Shown here one piece after another: positions 9,465 through 19,003 of a DNA stretch of 64,000 bases (positions are counted from its first letter, which is position 1; each line of letters starts with the position of its first letter). The stretch comes from an uncultured Ignavibacteria bacterium. Lineage in GTDB: Bacteria; Zixibacteria; MSB-5A5; DSPP01. The stretch is from positions 13,492 to 77,491 of the forward strand of contig CAZSIT010000005.1 of assembly GCA_964607165.1 (NCBI GenBank). The letters are read 5' to 3'. The notes under the pieces were generated by a model, which was given only the letters and a program-made list of their open reading frames with translations, was not told where the DNA came from and did no database searches. Made by a program: the position numbers and the translations under genes.

Positions 9465-10418
9465 TTGGTTGAGCTTCTTACTCCAGCGGAGCTGGATAAA
9501 AAAAAGTGGGAGGATTTGTTGAACGGCTCCGCCCATTCAACTTTTTTTCAGACGGCCGAGTGGTGTCAAATCTGGGGAAAAAGCTTTCCGTTTTTTACCA
9601 GCTATTTTCTGGTTGATATCCGTTCCGACGGCTCTTATCGGGCCGGCCTGCCCTATGTGCAAGCCAAAAAACTTCTGTCCGGTTATTATTCGATGCCAAT
9701 GGGGACGTATGGGGGTGTCGTCGGCTTTCCGGACGTGGCGGCGACAGGGCTTTACGAACGCTGGATGGAAATTACTTCCGGAATAAAACGGGAAAGACTG
9801 GCCGTTTTCTGTGAAGCCCGGCAATTGGAATTGGAAAAACTCGGTTTTTCGGTCAGCTCCGGTTTTTCCCATCGCTTGAGTTTACCCGAGAAGAGACGCC
9901 CGACGCTTTCCCGTTCAGCTGAAAAGCAAATTGGAGAAGCGCTGGAGGCCGGCTTTTCTTTCATAAAGGTGGAGAGAAAACAAGATTTGGCCGATTTTTA
10001 CACTCTGATTGGCAGAGGAAAGAAAAAAACGTTTTATACAAGAAAATTTTATGAAAAAGTTGCTGGTCTTTTGCTTCCCAGCGGCAAGGCCGCTTGGTTT
10101 TTGGCAAAAAAGGATGGAAAAGTGGCCGGTTATCTTTTATGCTTTCCCTTTCGGGATGAATTATTTTTATGGGATGCCGATTTCGATCCAAAATTTTCCA
10201 AATTTCGCCCCGGTTACTTCTTGATGGCAAAAGTAATCGACTGGGCAGTCAACAAAGGTTTTAGGAAAATCAACTTTGGCCAATCGCCGGTTGACGCTTT
10301 TGGAGTAACTCTCCTTAAAGAAAGAATGGGAGCGGAAAAAGTGCCGGTTTATCAATATACCTACTCCTCGAAGATGGTGAAAAAACTTCGTTCGGTCTAC
10401 GAAAAGTTTAAAAAATGA
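9465..10418 (+). CDS. FemAB/BioF2-like GNAT-fold acyltransferase.
   Basis: It is similar to Acetyltransf_6/FemAB family proteins found in polysaccharide loci. A TTG start is proposed just after the upstream stop; the ATG at 9345 would overlap the upstream gene by 118 nt. Confidence 0.5.
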   Translation: MVELLTPAELDKKKWEDLLNGSAHSTFFQTAEWCQIWGKSFPFFTSYFLVDIRSDGSYRAGLPYVQAKKLLSGYYSMPMGTYGGVVGFPDVAATGLYERWMEITSGIKRERLAVFCEARQLELEKLGFSVSSGFSHRLSLPEKRRPTLSRSAEKQIGEALEAGFSFIKVERKQDLADFYTLIGRGKKKTFYTRKFYEKVAGLLLPSGKAAWFLAKKDGKVAGYLLCFPFRDELFLWDADFDPKFSKFRPGYFLMAKVIDWAVNKGFRKINFGQSPVDAFGVTLLKERMGAEKVPVYQYTYSSKMVKKLRSVYEKFKK

Positions 10419-11482
10419 AACTTCTCTTTCTGGGCGACGCCTCAAGCATTCATTTTGCCCGTTGGGCGCATTATTTTGCCCAGCGCGGGCACGAGGTTTT
10501 TACCTCGTCGGCAGAGCCGCCAAAAGAAGAGCTTCCCAACTTCAAGCGTCTGGCCGGCCCCATCAAGTGGCAGCCGTTACGCTATTTAGCCTTGAAAGGT
10601 CAGGTTCGTCAGATGATTACGGAATTAAAGCCCGATTTAGTGAATGCGCACTTTGTTCCCAACTATGGTCTTTTGGGAGCGCTTTCCGGCTTTCATCCGC
10701 TGGTTATTTCCACCTGGGGTTCGGATGTTTTGATTTCTCCTCACAAAAGCTTCCTTCACAAAGCCCGGGCGGCTTATGCTCTTTCAAAAGCCGATTTGGT
10801 CACGACCGATGCCAAAATTTCCCTCGTCGCGGTGGTTCGTTTGGGAGTCAAAAGTGAAAAGGTATTAATGACACCTATGGGCGTTCCAGCGGCTTTTTTG
10901 GAGTCGGGAAGAAAGAAGACACTGGAGAAAAAGGAAATGGTGACCATCTTCTCCTGTCGCCGTCTGGAGAAATTATACAACGTAGAAACTTTGCTTTTGG
11001 CTTTGGCTCGATTGAAAACCGGAAGGCCCTGGCAGGCTTTTATTTTGGGTGAGGGCTCTCAAAAACGAAAGCTGGAGAAGCTGGCCCAGCGATTAAAATT
11101 GGGCTATAAGGTTTCTTTTATGGGGGCATTACCCGTTTCTTATTATCAGGAGCTGTTGCTGAAAAGCGATATCTATGTTTCCACCGCGCTTTCCGATTCC
11201 ACTTCGGTTTCTTTGCTGGAAGCAATGGCAGCCAAACTGGCCTGTATTGTCACCGAAATTCCGGGCAACAGCGAATGGATAAAAGTTATGGAAAACGGAT
11301 TAACCTTTGTCCGAAGGGGTGAGAAAATGCTGGCCTATCTAATTGAACAGTTGGTCGATGACAACGACTTGCGCATCAAGCTGGCGGAGAAGGCCTTTGA
11401 GGAAGTTGAGACAAAAGCGGTTTGGGAGGAGAATATGGCCGAAGTGGAAAAAGCTTTTCTAAAGCTGGTTGATAAAGGTTGA
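10415..11482 (+). CDS. Glycosyltransferase family 4 (GT-B).
   Basis: Its C-terminal GT1/GT4 motifs include E..A(M)A ... P.V.T and LLEAMAAKLACIV. Confidence 0.75.
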   Translation: MKLLFLGDASSIHFARWAHYFAQRGHEVFTSSAEPPKEELPNFKRLAGPIKWQPLRYLALKGQVRQMITELKPDLVNAHFVPNYGLLGALSGFHPLVISTWGSDVLISPHKSFLHKARAAYALSKADLVTTDAKISLVAVVRLGVKSEKVLMTPMGVPAAFLESGRKKTLEKKEMVTIFSCRRLEKLYNVETLLLALARLKTGRPWQAFILGEGSQKRKLEKLAQRLKLGYKVSFMGALPVSYYQELLLKSDIYVSTALSDSTSVSLLEAMAAKLACIVTEIPGNSEWIKVMENGLTFVRRGEKMLAYLIEQLVDDNDLRIKLAEKAFEEVETKAVWEENMAEVEKAFLKLVDKG

Positions 11483-12714
11483 AACCCCGCTCGGTTCTTC
11501 TCATCAGCTATTATTTTCCGCCGCTTGGAATGGCCGGCGTGCAGCGTCCTTTAAAACTGGCCAAATATCTTTTCCGTTTGGGCTGGAAAGTTTATGTCCT
11601 AACCGTTAAACCTGTTTCCTATTGGGAAACCGATGATACACTGTTAAAAGACTTTCCAAAAGAAATCCCAATTTTTCGCGCCGGTTCACTGGACCCGGCA
11701 CGGCTGAAATACCTTTTGGGCCAAAAAAAGCGGGTCGAATCAGGGGCTCGGTCTCACCCCCGTTTCTTGTGGGATTCCAAAATCGGCTTTGTCCCGTTTG
11801 CCTATCTTAAAGCCTCCCGGTTAATCGAAAAATTCGACATTCCGATGGTTTGGACGACTTCGCCGGCCCCTTCGATTCATCTGGTTGGCCAGCTTTTAAA
11901 AAAAAGAAAGGGAGTGCACTGGGTAGCTGACTTTCGCGACCCGTGGGAAGTAGAGGCGCCGGAAGCACGATCCTCGTTTGGGCAAAAAAGAGAAGCAAAA
12001 CTGAAAGGATGGTTGTCCTCTGCCGATGGAGCGACGGTGGTTAATGATAGTTTAAATAAATATTTTTACTCCTTGGCCAGTTCTACCAAAATTGAAACCG
12101 TTTTTAACGGTTTCGAGCCGAAGAATCAAACAAGGCAGTTGCCTGCAAACTCGAAAATTTTCACGCTGGCCTATTGCGGCACATTAAATCCTGTTACGAA
12201 TCCGTATCTTTTTTTGAAAGCGCTGGCGCGCTGGAAAGAGGAGACTAAAAATTCGTTTCGGCTGCTTTTGATTGGTAAAACATTAGGATTGCCTCTATCC
12301 GAATGGTTGACGGGGCTTGGCTTAGTTGATAATACCGAAATCGTAGGATATTTATACCACGAACAAGCGATTAAAAGGCTTTCGGAAGCCGACCTTTTTT
12401 TACTTTTTCTTACTCTGGAAGAAAAATACAAGCTTACTTTACCAGCCAAGATTTTTGAGTATATAGGCTTGGGCCGGCCGATTCTGTCCGTTTCCTCCCC
12501 TCACGGTGCCGTGGCTGATTTTTTGGCCTCCTTTTCGGTCGGCTGCCTGTGTGATACAGAAGAAGCGATAGTGAAAAGTTTGCAGCTCTACCACCAGCTC
12601 TGGGAAGCGCAGGGGTATTTGCGAATTCCGGAAACGGAGCGGGCCCGCTTCGGCTGGGATAAGGAAGCCCAAAAACTTTCAGCTTTCTTGGAAACGAAAC
12701 TAAAAAAAGTATGA
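11479..12714 (+). CDS. Glycosyltransferase, GT4-like.
   Basis: It has the N-terminal Rossmann segment typical of GT4 (LLISYYFPPLGMAGVQR) and translationally overlaps its neighbours. Confidence 0.65.
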   Translation: MKPRSVLLISYYFPPLGMAGVQRPLKLAKYLFRLGWKVYVLTVKPVSYWETDDTLLKDFPKEIPIFRAGSLDPARLKYLLGQKKRVESGARSHPRFLWDSKIGFVPFAYLKASRLIEKFDIPMVWTTSPAPSIHLVGQLLKKRKGVHWVADFRDPWEVEAPEARSSFGQKREAKLKGWLSSADGATVVNDSLNKYFYSLASSTKIETVFNGFEPKNQTRQLPANSKIFTLAYCGTLNPVTNPYLFLKALARWKEETKNSFRLLLIGKTLGLPLSEWLTGLGLVDNTEIVGYLYHEQAIKRLSEADLFLLFLTLEEKYKLTLPAKIFEYIGLGRPILSVSSPHGAVADFLASFSVGCLCDTEEAIVKSLQLYHQLWEAQGYLRIPETERARFGWDKEAQKLSAFLETKLKKV

Positions 12715-14159
12715 ATTTTTGGCAGCGCTTATCCATCGGGCAGAAAATTCTTTCACTCCTTCTCTTGCACTCCGGGTTGCTTTTAATTTTCGTTTTTTTT
12801 CGCTATATCGATGCCGACGAAGGACTTTACCTCTCCGCCGCCCGCGAAGTTTTCTGGGGGCATCGTCCCTATCTCGATTTTATGTACGTTCAAACCCCGT
12901 ACTATCCCTATTTTCTCGCACCGCTTTCCCATTTCGGCTGGAGCGGCCTGTTTTTTTGCCGCTTGATTTCGGCTTTAGCTCCTCTTTTCACCGGCGCGCT
13001 TATTTTTTCTTTGGCCCGCCGGCTTTGGAACGAAAAAACCGCCTTCGTTTTGTGGGGCTTCTGGATATTGAACGGCTTGGTGCTCGTATGGGGCTCGGTT
13101 GCCAAACCGGCCGGATGGGGAGATTTTCTTCTTTTTTTGGGTTTCTGGGCGCTTTTTTTTGGCGCAAATAAATTTGCTGCATTTTTTTCCGGGCTAAGTT
13201 CAGGAATGGCCGTCAATTTACGCGGCTTTTTACTTTTTCCTGCGGCTGTCTGGCCTTTTAGTCTGGTTGCGGATAAGACTCGCAAGGCAAAGGATATTCT
13301 TTTTTGGCTATGCGGTTTCTTGGTCGCCCTGACTTTTTGTTTCTATTTTCTTTTTCAATCGCGGGGGGCCTTCTTTTTCAATAACTATACTTATCATCGC
13401 CTTTGGGGGACGGAAGTCCTTTCCGAGCGGTTTACTTTTTTTCATCGGGTTGCCGCCCTGATGAAGTTCCTGTTTTTCCCCCAAAACCTGGTTCTGTACC
13501 TGCTTGCTGCCGTGGGCATTGTTTTGCGACCAACCGATTTTCGTAAATGGCATCTTATGTTAGTTGCCGGAACGGCTGCAATTATTTTGCATATAGCGTT
13601 TTTTGCTTCCATCCCCTCGATGGTTCAATACTATGTGGAAACGCTGCCTTATTTGGCTCTGTTGGCTGGGTTCGGGTTGGCAGGTCTCCGGGAGAAAACC
13701 TCGAGTAATTTTTGGAGGTTGGGGAAATGGGGATTGATTTCTGCTCATGTTATTTCTTTGGGATTGGTGGTTTATATCTTTCTTTTAGGCCAGCGCCCTC
13801 GCGACCAGCAATATCTTTTGTCCAACGTCCGTCCGGTTGTGACTTATTTGGTTCGGAATGGAACTCCATCCGACACCATTTTTTCCGAATGGCCCGGCTA
13901 TGCCGTTCTGGCCGGTATGCGGCTACCTCGAGGTACGGAAACGGTCGGGCTGGATGTCGCCCATCTTTTAAGTCAGAAAGAAAAAAAAGCTTATCACATC
14001 CTCGATTCTGCCAGAGTTGATTCGATTCTTGCGAACAAGGGAGTAAAATGGGTGGTAACCGGTGGGACGGTTACCGAGGTTTGGCCAAAGCCGCTTGGAG
14101 CCGGCTATAAGCCTGCTTTCAAATCCGGCCCAATTGCCGTTTATCGCCGCAATGAATAG
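12711..14159 (+). CDS. GT-C membrane glycosyltransferase of the ArnT/PMT (GT39/GT83) type.
   Basis: It is multi-TM with a first periplasmic loop carrying a DADEGLY...A motif similar to the ArnT/PMT DE motif. Confidence 0.65.
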   Translation: MNFWQRLSIGQKILSLLLLHSGLLLIFVFFRYIDADEGLYLSAAREVFWGHRPYLDFMYVQTPYYPYFLAPLSHFGWSGLFFCRLISALAPLFTGALIFSLARRLWNEKTAFVLWGFWILNGLVLVWGSVAKPAGWGDFLLFLGFWALFFGANKFAAFFSGLSSGMAVNLRGFLLFPAAVWPFSLVADKTRKAKDILFWLCGFLVALTFCFYFLFQSRGAFFFNNYTYHRLWGTEVLSERFTFFHRVAALMKFLFFPQNLVLYLLAAVGIVLRPTDFRKWHLMLVAGTAAIILHIAFFASIPSMVQYYVETLPYLALLAGFGLAGLREKTSSNFWRLGKWGLISAHVISLGLVVYIFLLGQRPRDQQYLLSNVRPVVTYLVRNGTPSDTIFSEWPGYAVLAGMRLPRGTETVGLDVAHLLSQKEKKAYHILDSARVDSILANKGVKWVVTGGTVTEVWPKPLGAGYKPAFKSGPIAVYRRNE

Positions 14160-15012
14160 CCCCAAAGTTTCGATAATCTGCGTAACCTTTAATTCAGCCG
14201 AATTTCTGTCTGAATTCTTTCAAAGTGTCGAAAAGCTGCCGAAGGGATGGGCGGAAGCTCTTTTCATAGATAATGCTTCAAAGGACAAGACCATTGAGCT
14301 GATTGGAAATTGGGGCAGAGCTGATCATTTAATAACCAACCTCCAAAACTTGGGCTGGTCGGCCGCCAATAATCAGGGGATTGCTGCTTCAAACGGGGAA
14401 ATGGTTCTTTTTGCAAACCCGGATATCCACTTTGAACCGGCAGCTCTGCAAGAATTAGTCCGGTTTCTGGATGAAAGACAGGAATTTGCAGCCGTAGCCC
14501 CACAGCTTATAAATCCGGACGGTTCGATTCAACCCTCCTGCCGTCAGTTACCCGCCATACTTGACCTTTTCTTTCAAATTGTAGGATTGGGAAGACTTTT
14601 CCCCAAAACAATTTTTAACCGCTGGAAAATGCCCGATTTCGACCATCAAAGCTTCAAGGAAGTGGAACAACCAATGACCTCGGCGCTTTTAATCCGGCGC
14701 GAAGCATTTGAGAAAGCAGGAAAACTGGACGAGCGCTTTTTCGTCTTCTTCGGTGACGTTGACTTGGCACACCGGTTAAAAAAGGCCGGATTTCGCCTTG
14801 CTTTCTGGCCGGAAGCAAAGGTTTTTCACCATCGTGGAGGCTCAACAGAGAAAATGCGAGCCGCTTTCTACTTTTCTTCCCACTTTGGTTTTTTTCGCTA
14901 TCTTTGGAAATGGTCGAATCTGCTGGAAAAAGCCGGACTACTATTACTATGGCCATTGGTTCTGGTCTCCGCATCCGGTAGAGCTTTCATTTACTTTTTT
15001 TCCCGGCGCTAA
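14152..15012 (+). CDS. Glycosyltransferase family 2.
   Basis: Its start is SIICVTFNS...IDNAS.D.T (GT2 DXD region). The ATG at 14152 overlaps the upstream stop (ATGAATAG). Confidence 0.75.
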   Translation: MNSPKVSIICVTFNSAEFLSEFFQSVEKLPKGWAEALFIDNASKDKTIELIGNWGRADHLITNLQNLGWSAANNQGIAASNGEMVLFANPDIHFEPAALQELVRFLDERQEFAAVAPQLINPDGSIQPSCRQLPAILDLFFQIVGLGRLFPKTIFNRWKMPDFDHQSFKEVEQPMTSALLIRREAFEKAGKLDERFFVFFGDVDLAHRLKKAGFRLAFWPEAKVFHHRGGSTEKMRAAFYFSSHFGFFRYLWKWSNLLEKAGLLLLWPLVLVSASGRAFIYFFSRR

Positions 15013-15130
15013 AGCTTTCTCGATTTCTCTTTAAAGTCTTTTTGTGAGCGTTGTGCCTACCGGCTTTAGCCGGGAAATGAGGCCGTTTATCTGCCCGTAA
15101 AAGTTTTTTTCAAAAAAATCCACTTTCTGC

Positions 15131-15160
15131 TTGACAAAAAGGGTGGTGAGCAAGTAATAT
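15131..15160 (+). promoter_or_regulatory. Sigma70-like promoter of the dcw cluster (Pmra): TTGACA-N18-TAATAT.
   Basis: The consensus hexamers lie 135 nt upstream of mraZ and are followed by GTGG(G) direct repeats at 15164-15197. Confidence 0.5.
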
Positions 15161-15295
15161 GGAGTGGTTTTTTTTGGGTGGAAGTGGGGAAAAGTGGTAA
15201 AGAGGATTTAGGCAGGCATCCAGGTTTTTTAAAGAACAAGGCCTTCCATTGCAAGGGAGGCCCCGGAATCGGAACGGAGGAGAGCTCTTTTTTTA

Positions 15296-15742
15296 ATGCC
15301 AAGCTATACCGGTAATTATCGCAGCGCCGTGGACGATAAGGGGCGTTTGGCCATCCCGGCCAAACTGCGCCGAAACGGCGGGGAGAAATTCTTTCTATCC
15401 ATCGGCTTCAACGGCTACCTGGCGCTTTATCCCGAATCGGAATGGGAGGAAATAGGCAAAAATTTGAGCACCCAGCCGTTCACGTTCGGCGCCTATCGGG
15501 ATTTCAACCGTTTTTTGTATGCCACCGCGCAGGAAGTTGTTCCCGACCCGCAGGGCCGTATTCTAATTCCGGAGGATTATTTAAAGGAGGCGGGTATTAC
15601 CGGCGAGGCGGTGGTTCTGGGCGCCGCGCGCTGGATGGAAATCTGGAGCCCGGCCCGATACAAAGCGTTCGTTGCCCGTTTCAAACCGAAATGGGAGAAA
15701 GCAGCCGAAAAGATTTTTTCAAAAAACTCTAAACCGGCGTAG
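15296..15742 (+). CDS. mraZ: Transcriptional regulator MraZ.
   Basis: It has duplicated MraZ domains (DDKGRLAIPAKLR ... PQGRILIPEDY). Confidence 0.85.
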   Translation: MPSYTGNYRSAVDDKGRLAIPAKLRRNGGEKFFLSIGFNGYLALYPESEWEEIGKNLSTQPFTFGAYRDFNRFLYATAQEVVPDPQGRILIPEDYLKEAGITGEAVVLGAARWMEIWSPARYKAFVARFKPKWEKAAEKIFSKNSKPA

Positions 15743-15745
15743 CGT

Positions 15746-16648
15746 GTGCACCGTCCGGTTCTGGTTCGGGAGGCAATGTCATTTTGGTACCATCGGCCGT
15801 ATGGAATCTATCTGGACGCAACCTTTGGCGGCGGAGGGCATACTAAAGCTTTGTTAGCGACTTCCGGTTTTGAAGGAAAGGTGATAGGAACCGACCGGGA
15901 TCCAGAAACGGCTAAAATGAATTTGGATTCCCCTCGATTTACTTACTATCAGGCTAATTTTAGCCAAATACCGGAGGTTTTATCCAAAGCCGGAGTTTCG
16001 CGCCTTTCGGGGATTCTGTTCGACTTTGGCCTCTCTTCGCTGCAACTCGATGATTCGTCCCGGGGGTTTTCATTTCAAGCGGAAGGGCCTTTGGATATGC
16101 GTTTTGATTTGTCGCAACCTTTTACAGCCGAGCAAGTTTTGAACGAATATCCCGAGGAAAAGTTGGCGGAAATTTTTCGTAATTTTGGAGAAGAGCCGAG
16201 AGCAAGAAGTCTGGCCCGGTTTATTGTGGCTGCTCGAAAAAAGGAAAGGGTTTCCACCACCGGTCAGCTTCGCCTGCTTCTGCTCAAATTCTGGAAACGT
16301 CCTCACCCGCGTCGCTTTTTAGCACGCATTTTTCAGGCGCTGCGAATGGAAGTAAATCAAGAATTGGCGAACATTCGTTTGGGCCTGGAGGGTTCGCTTC
16401 CATTTTTGGAAGCGGGGGGACGGCTGGTGGCCATTTCCTACCATTCGCTCGAGGACAAGCAGGTTAAGGATTTTTTTAAAAGAGAATCAAAAGATTGCAT
16501 CTGTCCGCCTGAATTTCCCGTTTGCCGCTGTGGCCATCGCTCAACGCTTAAGATTTTGACCGCCAAACCGGTGGCTCCCTCGGCCAAAGAAAGAATGGAA
16601 AATCCACGCTCGGCTTCCGCCAAACTGCGGGCGGCGGAGAAAATATGA
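15746..16648 (+). CDS. rsmH: 16S rRNA (cytosine1402-N4)-methyltransferase.
   Basis: It carries RsmH motifs (DATFGGGGH, DFGLSS, ISYHSLED). Confidence 0.9.
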   Translation: MHRPVLVREAMSFWYHRPYGIYLDATFGGGGHTKALLATSGFEGKVIGTDRDPETAKMNLDSPRFTYYQANFSQIPEVLSKAGVSRLSGILFDFGLSSLQLDDSSRGFSFQAEGPLDMRFDLSQPFTAEQVLNEYPEEKLAEIFRNFGEEPRARSLARFIVAARKKERVSTTGQLRLLLLKFWKRPHPRRFLARIFQALRMEVNQELANIRLGLEGSLPFLEAGGRLVAISYHSLEDKQVKDFFKRESKDCICPPEFPVCRCGHRSTLKILTAKPVAPSAKERMENPRSASAKLRAAEKI

Positions 16649-17070
16649 GAAGGTTTTTCGCTTTTTATTTCTTCCTCTTTAGAACCCGCCTGGCCAGGGT
16701 CTTCGGCTGGATTTTTCTCATAATTTTTCTGTGCGCAGCCTATATAGCCGAACGGGTTAAGGTTTATTCCTTTTTGGACGAAGTCGCCCGGCTCGAAAAC
16801 GAGAAAACCGGGCTGGAGGAAGCTAATGATTATCTAAATAAGGATCTGGCCCGAATGTCTTCCTTGGAAGAGCTGTTGCCGCGGGCGCAGAATATCGGGC
16901 TGGATTTTCCCGTTTCGCGGCAATTGGCGCGCCTGCCTTTGCATCCAATGCTGCCGGATAAATTGTGGGAAAGGGCTGCCCGGCAAAAAGGCCTTTGGGC
17001 GACGATAAGGCAAAAATTCCCTTTGAAAGAGGCCGCGGTTTCGGCGCAGGAGTTTAAGAATGGCCGGTAG
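16645..17070 (+). CDS. ftsL: Cell division protein FtsL (septum formation initiator family).
   Basis: It is a small single-TM protein with a periplasmic coiled coil, positioned between rsmH and ftsI. Confidence 0.7.
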   Translation: MRRFFAFYFFLFRTRLARVFGWIFLIIFLCAAYIAERVKVYSFLDEVARLENEKTGLEEANDYLNKDLARMSSLEELLPRAQNIGLDFPVSRQLARLPLHPMLPDKLWERAARQKGLWATIRQKFPLKEAAVSAQEFKNGR

Positions 17071-19003
17071 GTTTCTTTTTGGCATATCGCGCGTGCGGGT
17101 GAAATTTCTTTTAACCCTGTCGGTTTTGATTTGGCTTTCGATTTTGGCCCGGCTGGCTCAAATTCAGGTGCTCTCCGGCCCGCGCTACGCCAAAATGGCG
17201 GATGAACAGGAAAAAGGGCAAAAAGTTTTAATCGGAAACCGGGGAGTAATTTACGACCGCAACGGCGAAGTTTTGGCGCAAAACATTCCGGCCTATTCGT
17301 TTTTCAGTTACGCCGAAAGTCTGCCCTCGATACGGCAGCTAGTGGCCACCTTCTCCGGCCAGCTTTCCGAGAAAGAGGCGCGCGAGAAAAAGAATCGGAA
17401 AGGCTTTGTTTGGCTGGCACGTGGGCTGGAAAAAGTGGAGGCCTTGCGGGTCGGGCGCAAACTGACTTCAGGCGTTTATCCCGTGCAAGAAGAGCGCCGC
17501 AATTATCCTTTCGGTACCTTGGGGGTGGACTGGCTTGGATTCGTGGATACCGATAGAAAAGGGCTGGCCGGTTTGGAACTGTATTACGATTCCAAACTTC
17601 AGGGGACCTCCATTCGGCGTCCCTTGCTGCGCGATGCGCGAGGGAATTTGTATTCGGTCGAAAAGGGAGAAACAGCCCCTCGAGCGGGGCAGAGTCTGAT
17701 AACCACCATCGATGTCAATATGCAGGCGGTTTTGGAGAGCGAACTCTCTTTAGGGGTTGAAAAAAGCAAGGCGGAAGCGGGCGCGGGAGTTTTTTTGGAT
17801 CCCAAAACAGGGGAAATTTTGGCGATGGCCTATATCCCCGCCGACCGTTCGAACCCGCGGTTAACCCGCCAGAAAAATCGGCTGATTTCCGATATTTACG
17901 AACCGGGCTCCACATTTAAAGTGGTTACGGCGGCGGCGGCATTAGAAGAAAAAAAGTTTGGTCCCGCCAGCCTGATTTATGCTGAAAAAGGGGTTTTCAA
18001 AATCGGCAAACATAGCATTCACGACGTGCATAAGTACGATTGGCTCACGTTTGAAGATGCCATAGTCAAATCTTCCAACATTGCCCTGGCCAAAATTGGT
18101 CTGGCGATAGGAGGGTCCAGCTTCTACAAATTGGCCCATCGCTTCGGTTTTGGGGAAAAGAGCGGCATCGATTTGCCGGGGGAGGTGGGGGGCTGGCTGT
18201 CTTCCGAAAAAAGCTGGAAAGAGTTGCAGCTGGCCACCAATTCCTATGGATATGGGGTGGCGGTCACTCCCTTGCAGCTCGTCAGCGCCTATGCCACTGT
18301 GGCCAATGATGGTGTTCGGATGAAGCCCTATATAGTCAAAGAAATCCGCGATGAGAATGGAAAAACGGTGCTTAGCGCTCTGCCGCAGGAAGCCGAACGG
18401 GTCATCTCGAAAGAGACGGCGGAGACTCTACGGCGCTTCTTTTCTGGCGTGGTAGACTCGGGAACCGGCCGGGCCGCTCAACTGGAAGGAATTTCGGTAG
18501 CGGGAAAAACAGGCACGGCCAAGAAACCGGACCCTTTGACCCATCGCTATCTTCAGGGGCGCTATGTCGCTTCCTTCGTCGGTTTTTTCCCGGCCGATTC
18601 TCCGCGCGTGGTCGGCTTTATCTCTCTGGATGAGCCCAAAGGTCACTACTACGGCGGGGAAGTGGCAGCGCCGATTTTTAAAAAAGTAGCCGAAAAGATT
18701 TTGTCTTTGTTGTCGGTGCCGCTTGAAACCAGAGATGTTCCTGCACCTTCAACAACCTGGATACAGATGGCCTCGGCCGAAAGCAGTAAAGAATGGGCGC
18801 CGCGCAACTGTCCGGGCGGGCTGGTTCCCGATTTTTCCGGGTTTTCGGTGCGCCGGGCCTTGGATGAGGCTTGCGCCCGGCGGCTTTCCGTGCGGGTAAA
18901 AGGTAAAGGAGTGGTAAAGGAGCAGTCGTTGCCTCCCGGAAGCCCGGCCGATTCGACCGAAGTGCTGGTACTTTCCTGCGCCCCACCATTTAGGAATGAA
19001 TGA
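17060..19003 (+). CDS. ftsI: Peptidoglycan D,D-transpeptidase FtsI (PBP3).
   Basis: It has a PBP dimerisation domain, a transpeptidase domain (STFK, SSN, KTGT) and a C-terminal PASTA-like domain. Confidence 0.9.
   Translation: MAGRFLFGISRVRVKFLLTLSVLIWLSILARLAQIQVLSGPRYAKMADEQEKGQKVLIGNRGVIYDRNGEVLAQNIPAYSFFSYAESLPSIRQLVATFSGQLSEKEAREKKNRKGFVWLARGLEKVEALRVGRKLTSGVYPVQEERRNYPFGTLGVDWLGFVDTDRKGLAGLELYYDSKLQGTSIRRPLLRDARGNLYSVEKGETAPRAGQSLITTIDVNMQAVLESELSLGVEKSKAEAGAGVFLDPKTGEILAMAYIPADRSNPRLTRQKNRLISDIYEPGSTFKVVTAAAALEEKKFGPASLIYAEKGVFKIGKHSIHDVHKYDWLTFEDAIVKSSNIALAKIGLAIGGSSFYKLAHRFGFGEKSGIDLPGEVGGWLSSEKSWKELQLATNSYGYGVAVTPLQLVSAYATVANDGVRMKPYIVKEIRDENGKTVLSALPQEAERVISKETAETLRRFFSGVVDSGTGRAAQLEGISVAGKTGTAKKPDPLTHRYLQGRYVASFVGFFPADSPRVVGFISLDEPKGHYYGGEVAAPIFKKVAEKILSLLSVPLETRDVPAPSTTWIQMASAESSKEWAPRNCPGGLVPDFSGFSVRRALDEACARRLSVRVKGKGVVKEQSLPPGSPADSTEVLVLSCAPPFRNE

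Noticed and set aside
15013-15295. Small ORF 15087-15302(-) in the mraZ upstream region.
   Set aside because: It overlaps the predicted Pmra promoter and the GTGG operator array on the opposite strand and has no RBS. It is more plausibly regulatory DNA.
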